A stretch of 64,000 nucleotides of DNA, taken from IMG/VR virus record IMGVR_UViG_3300010354_000062, positions 14,328-78,327 of that record. One strand, written 5' to 3'. The stretch comes from a virus. A model generated the notes under the pieces. That model saw only the letters and a program-made list of their open reading frames with translations, did not search any database and was not told the DNA's origin. This document shows positions 9,453 through 19,235 of the stretch, one piece after another; the first letter of the stretch is position 1; the number at the start of each line of letters is the position of its first letter. A program made the translations under genes and the position numbers.

Positions 9453-10649
9453 ATGGCAACACTTAAAAATTTAACAGTAAACGACACAGGATTTATTAGA
9501 TTACCACAGGGCACAACCGCTCAAAGACCTGGTTCGCCTGTAGCTGGTCAAATAAGATTTAATACTGATTATAGTAGAAACGAAGTCTATAATGGTTCAG
9601 CTTGGGTACTACTTGAGCACAGCGCATATGCTACGGGAGGCTCAGTGACTGCAAGTGGTGGTTATCGTATTCATACTTTTACATCTGGCGCAACTACCTT
9701 TACTATGACCTATCCAGGAACTGTAGAAATTCTTGCAGTAGGGGCCGGTGGTGGTGGTGCCCAAATTGGTGGTGGTGGTGGCGCTGGTGGATTTATTTAT
9801 GAATCTGGAACTAGTTTACCTGCTGGAAATTATACTGTCACTGTAGGCACTGGCGGAGATAGAGAAACACAACATAATGCTAATAATCAAAATCCTGGTA
9901 ATCCTAGTAGTGTAGTTGGTCCAGGTATACCGCAAATGTATAATGCCATTGGTGGTGGTCGCGGTGCTTCTTATACTTCTCAACACTCTGTGGTTAGATT
10001 ATGTAATGGTGGCTCAGGTGGCGGCGGACCAGGCGGTCACAGCGGATCTGCAGGCGGTGAAGGTGGCTGGTGGCCACAGGCACCAGGCGGCCACGGAAAT
10101 CAAGGTGCTGATCATCCGTGGTTAGCAGGCATGCCCAATGCTACTCTACAGGGAACACCAACTGGAAATAACAACGACCATATTAGTATGGAAGGTAACG
10201 GTTATGGCAGCGGAATTATAGGTCAAGGACACCCTGGAGGATTTGGAGCTCACGGCGGTGGCTTTGGTTGGGCAGCAGGCAGTAACACTATTCACTGCGG
10301 TGGTGGTGGCGGCGGAGCAGGATCATCAGGTAAACCAACTTCAAGCGGCAACGAAATGGGAACAGGTGGCGCAGGACTAGCCAGCCAAATTACAGGTACA
10401 TTAACAAGATATGCCGGCGGTGGTGGCGCAGGAACGCACGGCCCGGGTGGCTATGGACATTACGGACTCCAGGGTGCTCATGGAGGTGGCCTTAATTCTT
10501 TTGGTGGCGGTGAGGGCGGCACTGGTAGTGCAGCTGGACAAAATGGCGGCACAAACACCGGCGGCGGCGGCGGCGGCGGTTTCTGGGGTAATACGCAAAG
10601 CGGCTCGGGCGGCCCTGGATTAGTAGTTATTAGATATCGCGATCAATAA
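9453..10649 (+). CDS. Glycine-rich virion adhesin/fibre protein, paralog 3
   Basis: Same architecture with a longer central loop, ending GLVVIRY. Confidence 0.75.
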   Translation: MATLKNLTVNDTGFIRLPQGTTAQRPGSPVAGQIRFNTDYSRNEVYNGSAWVLLEHSAYATGGSVTASGGYRIHTFTSGATTFTMTYPGTVEILAVGAGGGGAQIGGGGGAGGFIYESGTSLPAGNYTVTVGTGGDRETQHNANNQNPGNPSSVVGPGIPQMYNAIGGGRGASYTSQHSVVRLCNGGSGGGGPGGHSGSAGGEGGWWPQAPGGHGNQGADHPWLAGMPNATLQGTPTGNNNDHISMEGNGYGSGIIGQGHPGGFGAHGGGFGWAAGSNTIHCGGGGGGAGSSGKPTSSGNEMGTGGAGLASQITGTLTRYAGGGGAGTHGPGGYGHYGLQGAHGGGLNSFGGGEGGTGSAAGQNGGTNTGGGGGGGFWGNTQSGSGGPGLVVIRYRDQ

Positions 10650-11077
10650 TGCCTCAATTTAAAACAACACAAAATATTCTCAAAGACTTTGGAGACGAAG
10701 TCTGGCACGATAATAATATGGACTCGGACAAAATTGTCCTACCACCAAGTCCAGATTGGAGCTACGATCGTGTGATGAACTTTGAAGACGTAGAAATTTG
10801 GGAAGTGCTTATAGAACGAGGTGGTGGTGTAGCTCTTTATGCAGCTTGGTGTCCCTACGCAGAATATTATATTATAAGGCACAATTGGGGCGAAGATCTT
10901 GAAGCATTCTATGGTAGATTCGTACAGCCTCAAGTATTAGAAAGATTGGAACAACTGAAAATCCCACATAACAAAGATGCACATCTACGTTTTATGGATA
11001 AATTCAATGACAAAAACTACGGTGATATCAATAACGGTAGTTCACTTTACAGGTCTGGTGCTATTCAAAGTTTTTAA
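10649..11077 (+). CDS. Hypothetical protein
   Basis: 142 aa, start overlaps the upstream stop (TAATG), Trp/Tyr-rich YAAWCPYAE motif. Confidence 0.55.
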   Translation: MPQFKTTQNILKDFGDEVWHDNNMDSDKIVLPPSPDWSYDRVMNFEDVEIWEVLIERGGGVALYAAWCPYAEYYIIRHNWGEDLEAFYGRFVQPQVLERLEQLKIPHNKDAHLRFMDKFNDKNYGDINNGSSLYRSGAIQSF

Positions 11078-11084
11078 ATAATAG

Positions 11085-11663
11085 ATGCTTATTGAAAATA
11101 TTTTTTCAAGTTTTCTAGCTTCAACATATATTCAACCAACAACCGAACTAATTGATTACGCCCTGTCAACGGTTAGCAACGATCAAAACAGTAGAAAGGA
11201 CAAGGTAAATCAATCTAATTTTTTAGATTTAAGTGTTCCCCCCATTAAAGAAATAACAGATCAAGTACAAAGGCATTTCAACGATATTCATCTTAAGATT
11301 GGATTAGCCAAAACACATAGCCAAATAGTAAGCGAAGCATGGTTTAACATTGGAAACAATTTAAATATAGATTCGCCCCATTGTCATCCAGGAAGAGTGT
11401 TTTCGGCGGTATATTATCTCGCAACACATGATTACTGCGGAGATTTAATTTTTATAAACCCTAACGATAGTTTAGTGCATACTATTCATCCAACATTCGT
11501 TAAAAGCTATAATTGTTTTAATTCACATAATTTTAAAATTTGTCCTAGAACAGGGCTATTAGTTATTTTTCCTTCATACTTACAACACTATGTACGTCTT
11601 AATAGTGGTGGCGAAAGGATTTCTTTAGCATTTAATTCACAAATTACTGAAAAATGCCTCTAA
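11085..11663 (+). CDS. Putative 2OG-Fe(II) oxygenase (TIGR02466-like)
   Basis: W.N...HCHP...SAVYY, G.L.IFPSYL.H.V, RISLAFN. Confidence 0.8.
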   Translation: MLIENIFSSFLASTYIQPTTELIDYALSTVSNDQNSRKDKVNQSNFLDLSVPPIKEITDQVQRHFNDIHLKIGLAKTHSQIVSEAWFNIGNNLNIDSPHCHPGRVFSAVYYLATHDYCGDLIFINPNDSLVHTIHPTFVKSYNCFNSHNFKICPRTGLLVIFPSYLQHYVRLNSGGERISLAFNSQITEKCL

Positions 11664-12202
11664 TAAAAACCAATCCTTATAATATCTATATTTTTGAACT
11701 TGATGCTATACCTAATGATACGCATCAAGAAATATATACATTAATTACTCAAGAATTTTACAAAAGCCTATTTGGATATTACGGCGGCCGTAATGTATGT
11801 TTAGACTACATTGATAATTTAATCGTCAAGCAATTTACTCATCAGCTCTATGATATTTTTTTAGAGTGCTCTAACCAAATATTTGGAGAATTACAATTAT
11901 TAGAAAACAATAATAGATCAAGTTGGGCTAATTTATCAAACGAAAATTACTATCTAGCCAACATACATAATCATGAAAAAACAGCCACTATCAACGGAGT
12001 TTACTATTTTAATATGCTAGAAAATTATGGAGGTGAATTAGATTTTTACGATTTTGAAAAAAAAATAATACATTCTATTATACCAAAACAAAATCAATTA
12101 ATCATATTTCCAGGATCGTTATATCACAAAAATAGATTTTGTCATAGCGAACGTTTTAGAATTTCTATCAATATAGAAATTTTGTGCGACAAAATTTTTT
12201 AA
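11654..12202 (+). CDS. Putative 2OG-Fe(II) oxygenase (TIGR02466-like)
   Basis: HNH...NGVYY..GGEL.F...LIIFPGSL.H...RISIN. Confidence 0.75.
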   Translation: MPLIKTNPYNIYIFELDAIPNDTHQEIYTLITQEFYKSLFGYYGGRNVCLDYIDNLIVKQFTHQLYDIFLECSNQIFGELQLLENNNRSSWANLSNENYYLANIHNHEKTATINGVYYFNMLENYGGELDFYDFEKKIIHSIIPKQNQLIIFPGSLYHKNRFCHSERFRISINIEILCDKIF

Positions 12203-12792
12203 AAAAATTGCGTGTTAAAACTAATTGAAATTCTATCTTGATTTGTTAAATTTGTAGTTACTGAATGTTCTAACCAACTAGGAAATATCAGCAACATACC
12301 TGTCTTTGGCTTGTAAGAAATAGTTGCACTATTGACTGCATTCCAATTTTCCACAATATATGGTGGTATATAATTTAACATATAGTTTTCTCTATGAAAA
12401 ATTATATCGCCACATATACCTTCCGGAACTTGAACATAATAAACTCCACTAAACAAGCTTCTTGGATGAGTATGTTTAAGATTGTAACTGTATTTGTCGT
12501 TTACATTTATCCAAGAACTTTGTATAGATGTTACACAAGTTGATCTAAATCCCATAGATTTATGTACTTTTTGTAATTCTAAATTAATCAAATTTGTCAA
12601 CTCAGTGTAAGATTCGTCTTTGTCAAAATCAAAACATTGCCATCCGCCTTGATACAAATTTTTTTGATGGCCATCATTGGTCGCTTTTAATTTTTTTACG
12701 AATTCAATTAACGATTGATTATTTGCTTTAGGTAAACTAGTTTCCCATATGCAGTTAGAAAACCAAATTGTTTTTTCAAGGGGTCGCATCAA
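12199..12792 (-). CDS. Putative 2OG-Fe(II) oxygenase (TIGR02466-like)
   Basis: GGWQ, WINVN..YN..HTHPRSLFSGVYY, GMLLIFPSWLEHSV, RISISFN. Confidence 0.8.
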   Translation of the reverse strand: MMRPLEKTIWFSNCIWETSLPKANNQSLIEFVKKLKATNDGHQKNLYQGGWQCFDFDKDESYTELTNLINLELQKVHKSMGFRSTCVTSIQSSWINVNDKYSYNLKHTHPRSLFSGVYYVQVPEGICGDIIFHRENYMLNYIPPYIVENWNAVNSATISYKPKTGMLLIFPSWLEHSVTTNLTNQDRISISFNTQFF

Positions 12793-13373
12793 AAATTGTA
12801 ATTAGTATTGAAAGCAATTGAAATGCGATCCTGGTTGGTAAAATTAGGACTTACAGAATGTTCAAACCAACTTGGAAAAATTAATAACATACCTGTTTGA
12901 ATTTTGTAAGTTGCTGTACCGCTGGTTAAATCATTCCATTCTTCAACAATATAATCAGGAATATAACTTAATGGCAGATTATCTCTATGGAAAATTATAT
13001 CGCCACAATCTCCTTCAGGTACACAGGCATAATAGACACCACTAAACAAGCTTCTTGGATGTAGGTGTTTTAAATTAAAACTCTGTGGAGGATTTATATT
13101 AATCCACGACCCTTCTATGTAAGATGGAAAGTTTTCCTTTAACCCCATAGACAAATGAACATCCATAACTAAATTATTACATACATTAATTAGATTCAAA
13201 TAAGCCTGATTTGGGTTCTCAATATCGTAACATTGCCAACCTCCTCGATTTGACTTTGTTGTACCTGGCTTATTTGCCTTTAAATTATAGGCATACTCAA
13301 TTATAGCCTCATTATCTATGTTATCTAATACAGTTTCCCATACAGGTGTTCCAAACCATTTATTTGCTATCAT
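12789..13373 (-). CDS. Putative 2OG-Fe(II) oxygenase (TIGR02466-like), close paralog of 12199-12792
   Basis: SNRGGWQ, HLHPRSLFSGVYY, GMLLIFPSWFEHSV, RISIAFN. Confidence 0.8.
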   Translation of the reverse strand: MIANKWFGTPVWETVLDNIDNEAIIEYAYNLKANKPGTTKSNRGGWQCYDIENPNQAYLNLINVCNNLVMDVHLSMGLKENFPSYIEGSWININPPQSFNLKHLHPRSLFSGVYYACVPEGDCGDIIFHRDNLPLSYIPDYIVEEWNDLTSGTATYKIQTGMLLIFPSWFEHSVSPNFTNQDRISIAFNTNYNF

Positions 13374-13377
13374 ATTT

Positions 13378-13965
13378 TTAATTAAAATTAAAGTTTATCG
13401 TAATCCTTGTATTAGTGTTTATAGGATTACTACCCGAATGATATTGAAATCCGTCAATATGTAATAAGGTATTTGCCACAGGTTTTATTCTTTGTTTAAT
13501 TGGTAAAGACATTGATGAATTTTTTTGATAATCGTCACCCTTACTGTACATTTTATCAAATATTACGGTATCTCCGTCGCTGTCATTAAGATAATATATA
13601 AGTGTTTGATGCTCTTTGAATCCGTCGATGTGAGCTCCGTTATACATTTCTGGTTTATTGCCTATAACAGGCACTTGAAGATTTATTTTTATTCTTAAAA
13701 AGTTATTAATTTTTATATTTGCTTGATGCTGAAAGTTTTCAACAATTGGACCCATTAAAGAAATAAGTTCAGATACTTTGCCCCTTTCAGTGTCCCATAC
13801 TGTGTGAGTAAAGCCAAAACTTGGAAAGGCCTTAGCATCTTTGGTATGACCGTTAAAATTCAAAAAAGCAATATCGGGCTGGTAATACCAAGGAAAATCA
13901 ACTCCAGTAATTACTTGATATAATTTATTATAGTTGTTTTCAGTTAATATTTTTTCGTAAATCAT
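13378..13965 (-). CDS. Putative 2OG-Fe(II) oxygenase (aquatic-phage type)
   Basis: FPWYY, RIKINL, HID, YYLNDSDGDT, YHSGSNP, R..INFN. Confidence 0.75.
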   Translation of the reverse strand: MIYEKILTENNYNKLYQVITGVDFPWYYQPDIAFLNFNGHTKDAKAFPSFGFTHTVWDTERGKVSELISLMGPIVENFQHQANIKINNFLRIKINLQVPVIGNKPEMYNGAHIDGFKEHQTLIYYLNDSDGDTVIFDKMYSKGDDYQKNSSMSLPIKQRIKPVANTLLHIDGFQYHSGSNPINTNTRITINFNFN

Positions 13966-14552
13966 ACAAAATTAAAATTAATTACATATCTGTGTTGCGA
14001 TACACTTGGATTACTACTTGCATGATACCTAAAGCAGTCAAAAAATACTCCTGTGCCTTTTTTAGGAGATACTTTATCAGCAATAGTAAAAGTGTCAGGA
14101 ATAGTATTAAAATCGTCATACTCATTAAACAAAAAAGTATCGCCGTCTGCATCATTTATGTAATATACAAACGCTTTCTCTCCGCTCCCACGATCTGAAT
14201 GCGGAAAATTATAGTTAAATTCTTTGAACGTCTTATCTCTTAATAGTAAATTAATTTTAATTCTAGTAATCTTATTAATTGTAATCCCTGCATTTTCAGC
14301 AAAAATATAAAGCACTGGATATATAAATCCGTGAAGATTAGAAACAATGTGTCCTTCATCTAAAACACTATGAGTAAATTGGCCGTTTTCTATTATATTA
14401 GAATTTTTAGATAATTTTAAATAATGTTCTAAAAACGGATCCGTGTCTGCGTAAGAAGTATTTGGAGCATAGTAATAGGGAATTTCTGTAACTATCTTTT
14501 CTAAATCATCTTCATATTTTTTAGGGAGACATTTATCTAATTTAACAATCAT
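13962..14552 (-). CDS. Putative 2OG-Fe(II) oxygenase (aquatic-phage type)
   Basis: RIKINL, PHSD, YYINDADGDT, YHASSNP, R.VINFN. Confidence 0.75.
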   Translation of the reverse strand: MIVKLDKCLPKKYEDDLEKIVTEIPYYYAPNTSYADTDPFLEHYLKLSKNSNIIENGQFTHSVLDEGHIVSNLHGFIYPVLYIFAENAGITINKITRIKINLLLRDKTFKEFNYNFPHSDRGSGEKAFVYYINDADGDTFLFNEYDDFNTIPDTFTIADKVSPKKGTGVFFDCFRYHASSNPSVSQHRYVINFNFV

Positions 14553-16117
14553 GAATTGTCCTTCATATATTGTATAAATGAATAATGATCAGCCAACAAC
14601 GGCAAGTTTAAGTTCACGTTTTTAAAATATTGATGTTTTAATAGATCGTAATCTTCTTTTCTTTTACCATGATAAAATGATTCAAATAATTTTTTAGCAT
14701 GATCTGGATTGAAAAACTGTTGCCCATTACCGCAGGCTAAGAAACTTTTTGCTGCCCAATCTAAACCAATGTTTGAAAACATGTCATAACTTGGTATAGT
14801 ATACTTAGATTCTTCTATTAATTTGTGCAACGATTCCGGAATCTTATTATCTACTGTAAAGTTTCGCCAAAAATCTGTATCATCTCTTTTTGTTATATAA
14901 TGAAAGTAAACAAAGCCCAGAGTATTATCATTCATATCAGTATGTCGCTGGTTGACTTTGTCTCTGGCCATTTGATCGTCGTGTGTAATAGCAGAAGGAT
15001 TTTCAATCCAAGCATTCAACATCATTAACGAAGTCCAAATTGATGTAGCTTCTAATGGTTCAATAAATCCCGAGCTTAATCCTACGGCCAGACAATTTTT
15101 TTCGTATATTTTTTCATATCGTCCTGGTTCAAAATTAAGCAGTCTTGGAACTTCAACTTCAATGCCAATTTCTTGATCCAATTCTTTTTTAGCCTCTTCG
15201 TCAGATATTCTATCACTGTCGTAGACATAACCGCATCCGTAGCGTCCCTGCACCGGTATTTTCCATACCCACCCCCACTTCATTGCAGTTGATTCTGTGT
15301 AAGGTGGAATGATTTCTGAGTTGTTTGGAATAAAGAAAGGCATTGCTCTTTTAGCAGGCAAATATTCTTTGTAACTTTTCCAAGGTGTTTTATAGAGATT
15401 GCCTATGATTAATCTTTTAAATCCTGAACAATCAAATACAAAGTCACATTCTATTTTGCTAGATCCAATGTTAACTGATGTAATGTTTCCGCTATCGTCT
15501 ACAGTAAAGTCAGTAACAACGCCATCTACTACAGTGATACTTCTTTCTCTTCCTATGTTTTCAAAACAATTAGCCAGCAGGTTAGCATCAAAATGTAATG
15601 CTGTTCTGCCTAGTCTAGTAAAATGTAAAATAGGATCTAGAGTTTTTGTAGAAGCATCTGAGTTTGGTACAAAGCGTACACAATTTCTATCACAGGCATG
15701 TGAATTAAAATCAATACCGTTAATGGATCCGCCGCTGGCAATAACCTCAAGATCCATCAACGGATATTTGGTATGATGAACTTCACTTAATATAGTATGA
15801 TCTAGGCCAAAATTATCCATAAAAGGATGATAGTAGTAAGATCTATCGCCGTTCCAGTTTGAAAATTTTATACCGTTTTTGAGTACAGCCTTGGCTTCTT
15901 TAATCACTCTGCTAACAGGAACATCAATTTCGTCTAAAAAATCTATGATATGGGGAGTTGTGCCTTCCCCTGCACCCAATATTCCTATTTCGCTGCTTTG
16001 TATAACTGTTATTTGACTATCTGGATAGTTTGCTCGAACAAATAGTGCAGAAATCCAACCTGCACTTCCGCCGCCAACAATTACAAATTTAAAATTTTTG
16101 TCAATTGATTTCATCAT
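14549..16117 (-). CDS. Flavin-dependent (tryptophan) halogenase-like protein
   Basis: GGGSAGW FAD motif, GAGEGT, LKNGIKF (catalytic Lys position), HFDA, DCSGF, WVWKIP, FIEPLEATS. Confidence 0.85.
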   Translation of the reverse strand: MMKSIDKNFKFVIVGGGSAGWISALFVRANYPDSQITVIQSSEIGILGAGEGTTPHIIDFLDEIDVPVSRVIKEAKAVLKNGIKFSNWNGDRSYYYHPFMDNFGLDHTILSEVHHTKYPLMDLEVIASGGSINGIDFNSHACDRNCVRFVPNSDASTKTLDPILHFTRLGRTALHFDANLLANCFENIGRERSITVVDGVVTDFTVDDSGNITSVNIGSSKIECDFVFDCSGFKRLIIGNLYKTPWKSYKEYLPAKRAMPFFIPNNSEIIPPYTESTAMKWGWVWKIPVQGRYGCGYVYDSDRISDEEAKKELDQEIGIEVEVPRLLNFEPGRYEKIYEKNCLAVGLSSGFIEPLEATSIWTSLMMLNAWIENPSAITHDDQMARDKVNQRHTDMNDNTLGFVYFHYITKRDDTDFWRNFTVDNKIPESLHKLIEESKYTIPSYDMFSNIGLDWAAKSFLACGNGQQFFNPDHAKKLFESFYHGKRKEDYDLLKHQYFKNVNLNLPLLADHYSFIQYMKDNS

Positions 16118-16775
16118 AGAATAGTTCCTGTTTTGTTTCTACAGGGTATTTAAAATCTTTTACATCGATATCAAAAGTTCCGCTAAGGTTCCATAATTTT
16201 ATTTTTTCATAAAAAATTTTGTTGTTTTCCTTATTCATATGACATGTTCTACCACTATCATACACATATTCATTTATATTATATTTTTCATAATCCAATA
16301 AACTAATGTAGTGCATACAATTTTGATTATCATAGATACTGTCAGGGGTTACAGGAATCAGTAGTGCCTTTGGAAACATTTGTCTTATTGAATCAACTAT
16401 TCCACGTTGGATAAGTGTTTCTCTACGATAATGCCATATATCTATAAAATAATCTTGAACACTATTTAGAATTTTCTTGTCCCACAGAGAAGCTGATTCT
16501 ATTAACATTTTGGCAGAAAGATGATTTACAAAATGATTTTGTAATTTAAAATTGGGCATCCATAATCTACCAATTGGCGGAGCAAATATTATTAACTTCT
16601 GATATTTTTTACTGTGTCGAAGTAATTGATCGTAAACATAAACTATACTTGCACCTTCTGCACTATAGTTGTCAAATTCAATATCTGCAGACAGTAATTC
16701 TACCCAACTATGATTGAATTTTTTATTTGGTACAGCAGAACTATCTCCAAATATTCCTAATTTTTTGTTCATCAT
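16101..16775 (-). CDS. SGNH/GDSL-like hydrolase or acyltransferase
   Basis: N-terminal IFGDS, SW..LL, NYS..GAS, and a C-terminal His (CHMNKENN). Confidence 0.5.
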   Translation of the reverse strand: MMNKKLGIFGDSSAVPNKKFNHSWVELLSADIEFDNYSAEGASIVYVYDQLLRHSKKYQKLIIFAPPIGRLWMPNFKLQNHFVNHLSAKMLIESASLWDKKILNSVQDYFIDIWHYRRETLIQRGIVDSIRQMFPKALLIPVTPDSIYDNQNCMHYISLLDYEKYNINEYVYDSGRTCHMNKENNKIFYEKIKLWNLSGTFDIDVKDFKYPVETKQELFYDEIN

Positions 16776-16778
16776 AAG

Positions 16779-17369
16779 TTATTCAAAATATGTTAACCAA
16801 CCAGTGATTATGTATTTGGTTCCTAATAATGGAGGATTACCTCTATGAGTATGAGAATATGTAGAAGGCCAAAAAAGTAATGTGCCTGTTTTAGGTTGAA
16901 TTCTTTTATGAAGGTATAAAAATTCTGTCTCGCCACCGTGTTCTATATCATTCAAATACATCATAAATGTAACAATTCTATTGGCTGTTTCGCAGCTGGT
17001 GTTTTCAAAATGCCAATTATGAAATCCCCCACCCGGGTCAGTGCGTTGAATCCTAAGCATGTAAAATCCATGCCTAGCAGCAGATTTAAGAATAGGAAAT
17101 TCCTTACAGTAATCTTCGTAACATTCCCAAAATGAATTTATAAAAGGTAGTAGTATTGGCGATCCTTTAGGTAATGTGATTACATCTGGATGCAACATAA
17201 ACGCAGTTTCATCTTTACGTGATGTTGCTTTTGTTGTATACTGATCGTGATTAATTACAAGATTATACTGTCTAAGATCCTCAAAATATTTTATCATTGC
17301 AGCACAGTCTGTGTTTGATACAGCATTATCGTATATGCCAATAAAATCTTCTATTCTTTTTTCTATCAT
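16779..17369 (-). CDS. Prolyl-4-hydroxylase-like 2OG-Fe(II) oxygenase
   Basis: WHFE, YLND...GGETEF, PKTG.LLFWP, HTHRGNPP, KYIITGW. Confidence 0.85.
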   Translation of the reverse strand: MIEKRIEDFIGIYDNAVSNTDCAAMIKYFEDLRQYNLVINHDQYTTKATSRKDETAFMLHPDVITLPKGSPILLPFINSFWECYEDYCKEFPILKSAARHGFYMLRIQRTDPGGGFHNWHFENTSCETANRIVTFMMYLNDIEHGGETEFLYLHKRIQPKTGTLLFWPSTYSHTHRGNPPLLGTKYIITGWLTYFE

Positions 17370-17929
17370 AGTATATTAAAATTAATATTGATTCTGACGT
17401 CTGATACTTTGTTAATTCCCGCAGCATGAAATAGGCTACCATTAAACAAGACAAATCTACCTTTTTTATGATTTATTTTTTTTAAAACTAATTCCTTTTT
17501 ATGGTCTTGAAATATCATAGTATCGCCATCGCTGTCGTTAACATAATAAATTAATACCATATGGTCAGTAGGGGAGTCTACATGAGGAGTTGTATAATCA
17601 CCTACATTGCCCGGTAACTTTAGCGTGAGATTAGCTTTTGATCTTGTTAAAGATTTAAAAGGGTACTTTGAACGTTCTAAAAAACGACTTAACACAAAAT
17701 CAGATATAAGATAATTTTCTGAATTACGAGATGATTCTAAATAAAAAACATGTGTTAGTAAAACACATTCGCTTGAACTACTGTTAGAATTGGTTTCTAT
17801 ATCGCGCTTGCTAGTTGTATAATGATTGTGACCTACAGATAAAAACCAAGGAAATTTAGGATCACGTAAAAAACTTTCTATGTGATCTTTTTCTTTGTCG
17901 TTTAATAGTTCATCAAAAATTTCAATCAT
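17366..17929 (-). CDS. Putative 2OG-Fe(II) oxygenase
   Basis: FPWF, RSKANL, PHVD, YYVNDSDGDT, FHAA, RININFN. Confidence 0.75.
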   Translation of the reverse strand: MIEIFDELLNDKEKDHIESFLRDPKFPWFLSVGHNHYTTSKRDIETNSNSSSSECVLLTHVFYLESSRNSENYLISDFVLSRFLERSKYPFKSLTRSKANLTLKLPGNVGDYTTPHVDSPTDHMVLIYYVNDSDGDTMIFQDHKKELVLKKINHKKGRFVLFNGSLFHAAGINKVSDVRININFNIL

Positions 17930-17930
17930 G

Positions 17931-18584
17931 TTAACCTGTAAAGGTCAAATATCGTTTGTTAGGAAAATAAAATTTTGATACGATTTTGTTTAAGCGGCCT
18001 TCTTTATCAAACCCAATAAAAGGTCGTTTATCAAATTTATATTCAGCGTATGGTCCGTTAGCATCTACATAATGACAGAAAAATTGTATATGATATGAGC
18101 CTTCAGGAGCAGTAAAAATTTCTCGCCAATGTTCTACTTCGCATCCTCTGTAGATTACCAAGTCGCCCGAATTCATTGTGCATGGAGTATCACCTACAAT
18201 AATAGGCCACTTGTAGTCTGCACCACGATAATCGTATTCTAAAGTAACTGTGGTTGATATTTCACAACTAGGTCGATCCACATGCTTTACTAAATTAGCT
18301 CCTGGTCTGTACACTCTATAATAAGAATACGCAGGATGTAAACTTAAACCAGTATTTGTTTCTAGCAAAGGATGCAGATACAATAGGAACGACTCCATTA
18401 ATGTATCTGAATACTGGCTGTGAGAATTGTGAATCTGCGGTGTGGCGCCTTCTTCTAAAGATAAATCATTTCTTTCGTCTAATAGTGCATACATTGAAGC
18501 AATTTTTATAAGTTCTGGGGTTAATGCATTATTAACCTGCACATATTTGTTTTCTTTAAAGAATGTAGCGTTATCCATAGTCAC
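17931..18584 (-). CDS. Putative 2OG-Fe(II) oxygenase
   Basis: YSYYRVY..G..L.KHVDRPSCEISTT, GD.VIYRGCEVEHWRE, Q.F.HYVD. Confidence 0.7.
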   Translation of the reverse strand: MTMDNATFFKENKYVQVNNALTPELIKIASMYALLDERNDLSLEEGATPQIHNSHSQYSDTLMESFLLYLHPLLETNTGLSLHPAYSYYRVYRPGANLVKHVDRPSCEISTTVTLEYDYRGADYKWPIIVGDTPCTMNSGDLVIYRGCEVEHWREIFTAPEGSYHIQFFCHYVDANGPYAEYKFDKRPFIGFDKEGRLNKIVSKFYFPNKRYLTFTG

Positions 18585-18590
18585 TGTTAG

Positions 18591-19235
18591 TTACATATTT
18601 TGAATTGGTCGGTCATGCACCCATGTTACTAGACTGTACTTTGTACCAGATGTAACAGGATGGGCAATGTGCTTGTAGGCAAAATTTGACGGAAAAAGAA
18701 TCAACATTCCTTTTTCAGGTTTAAGTTTGATTTTAAAATTTGGAAACTCAATATGACCGCCTTCGTAGTCGTCATTTAAATAAACTACTGCACTTATAGC
18801 TCTGCCAGATGCCGTTCCTCCGTCATAATGGCCCTTATATTCTTCATTGGGTCTATATTTTAGTGCTTGGTAAGGTTCATGATACAGTAATTCGTGTATG
18901 TCATAGCGTTCTGTATATGGAATAGTTGTAGCTAACAATAAGAAATACATCTGATTATGAATGTCTTTCATCGCTTGATTATCTACTCCCTCCCCGGAAA
19001 CTGTAATACCTAACCCAAGGTTAGTTCTAGCATTTTGTCTATGTCCCTGACCAACGGTCCCGGCACGACTCCAACCAACTCCAGAATTTATATCAGAGCA
19101 ACTTTGTTCTATTCTAGCAATAGTAATTTCAGGATCCGGCCATGCATTTTCAAAAATATCAATGCATCCGCCTACTGTTGCACTAGGATTCAATCTACCT
19201 GTAAAAATATTGTTAACTAACATCTTATTCTTCAC
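18591..19235 (-). CDS. Prolyl-4-hydroxylase-like 2OG-Fe(II) oxygenase
   Basis: LKY...Y.GHYD, YLNDDYEGG.IEF, LFPSNF.Y.H...PV.SGTKYSLVTW. Confidence 0.85.
   Translation of the reverse strand: MKNKMLVNNIFTGRLNPSATVGGCIDIFENAWPDPEITIARIEQSCSDINSGVGWSRAGTVGQGHRQNARTNLGLGITVSGEGVDNQAMKDIHNQMYFLLLATTIPYTERYDIHELLYHEPYQALKYRPNEEYKGHYDGGTASGRAISAVVYLNDDYEGGHIEFPNFKIKLKPEKGMLILFPSNFAYKHIAHPVTSGTKYSLVTWVHDRPIQNM

Noticed and set aside
7620-10580. GGT/GGC trinucleotide runs as microsatellites or a CRISPR-like array
   Set aside because: They are in-frame poly-Gly codons, with no constant repeat and unique spacer structure.
7334-10649. Diversity-generating retroelement or invertase shufflon acting on the adhesin paralogs
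   Set aside because: No reverse transcriptase or recombinase is in the window, and I saw no near-identical template/variable repeat pair differing only at adenines.
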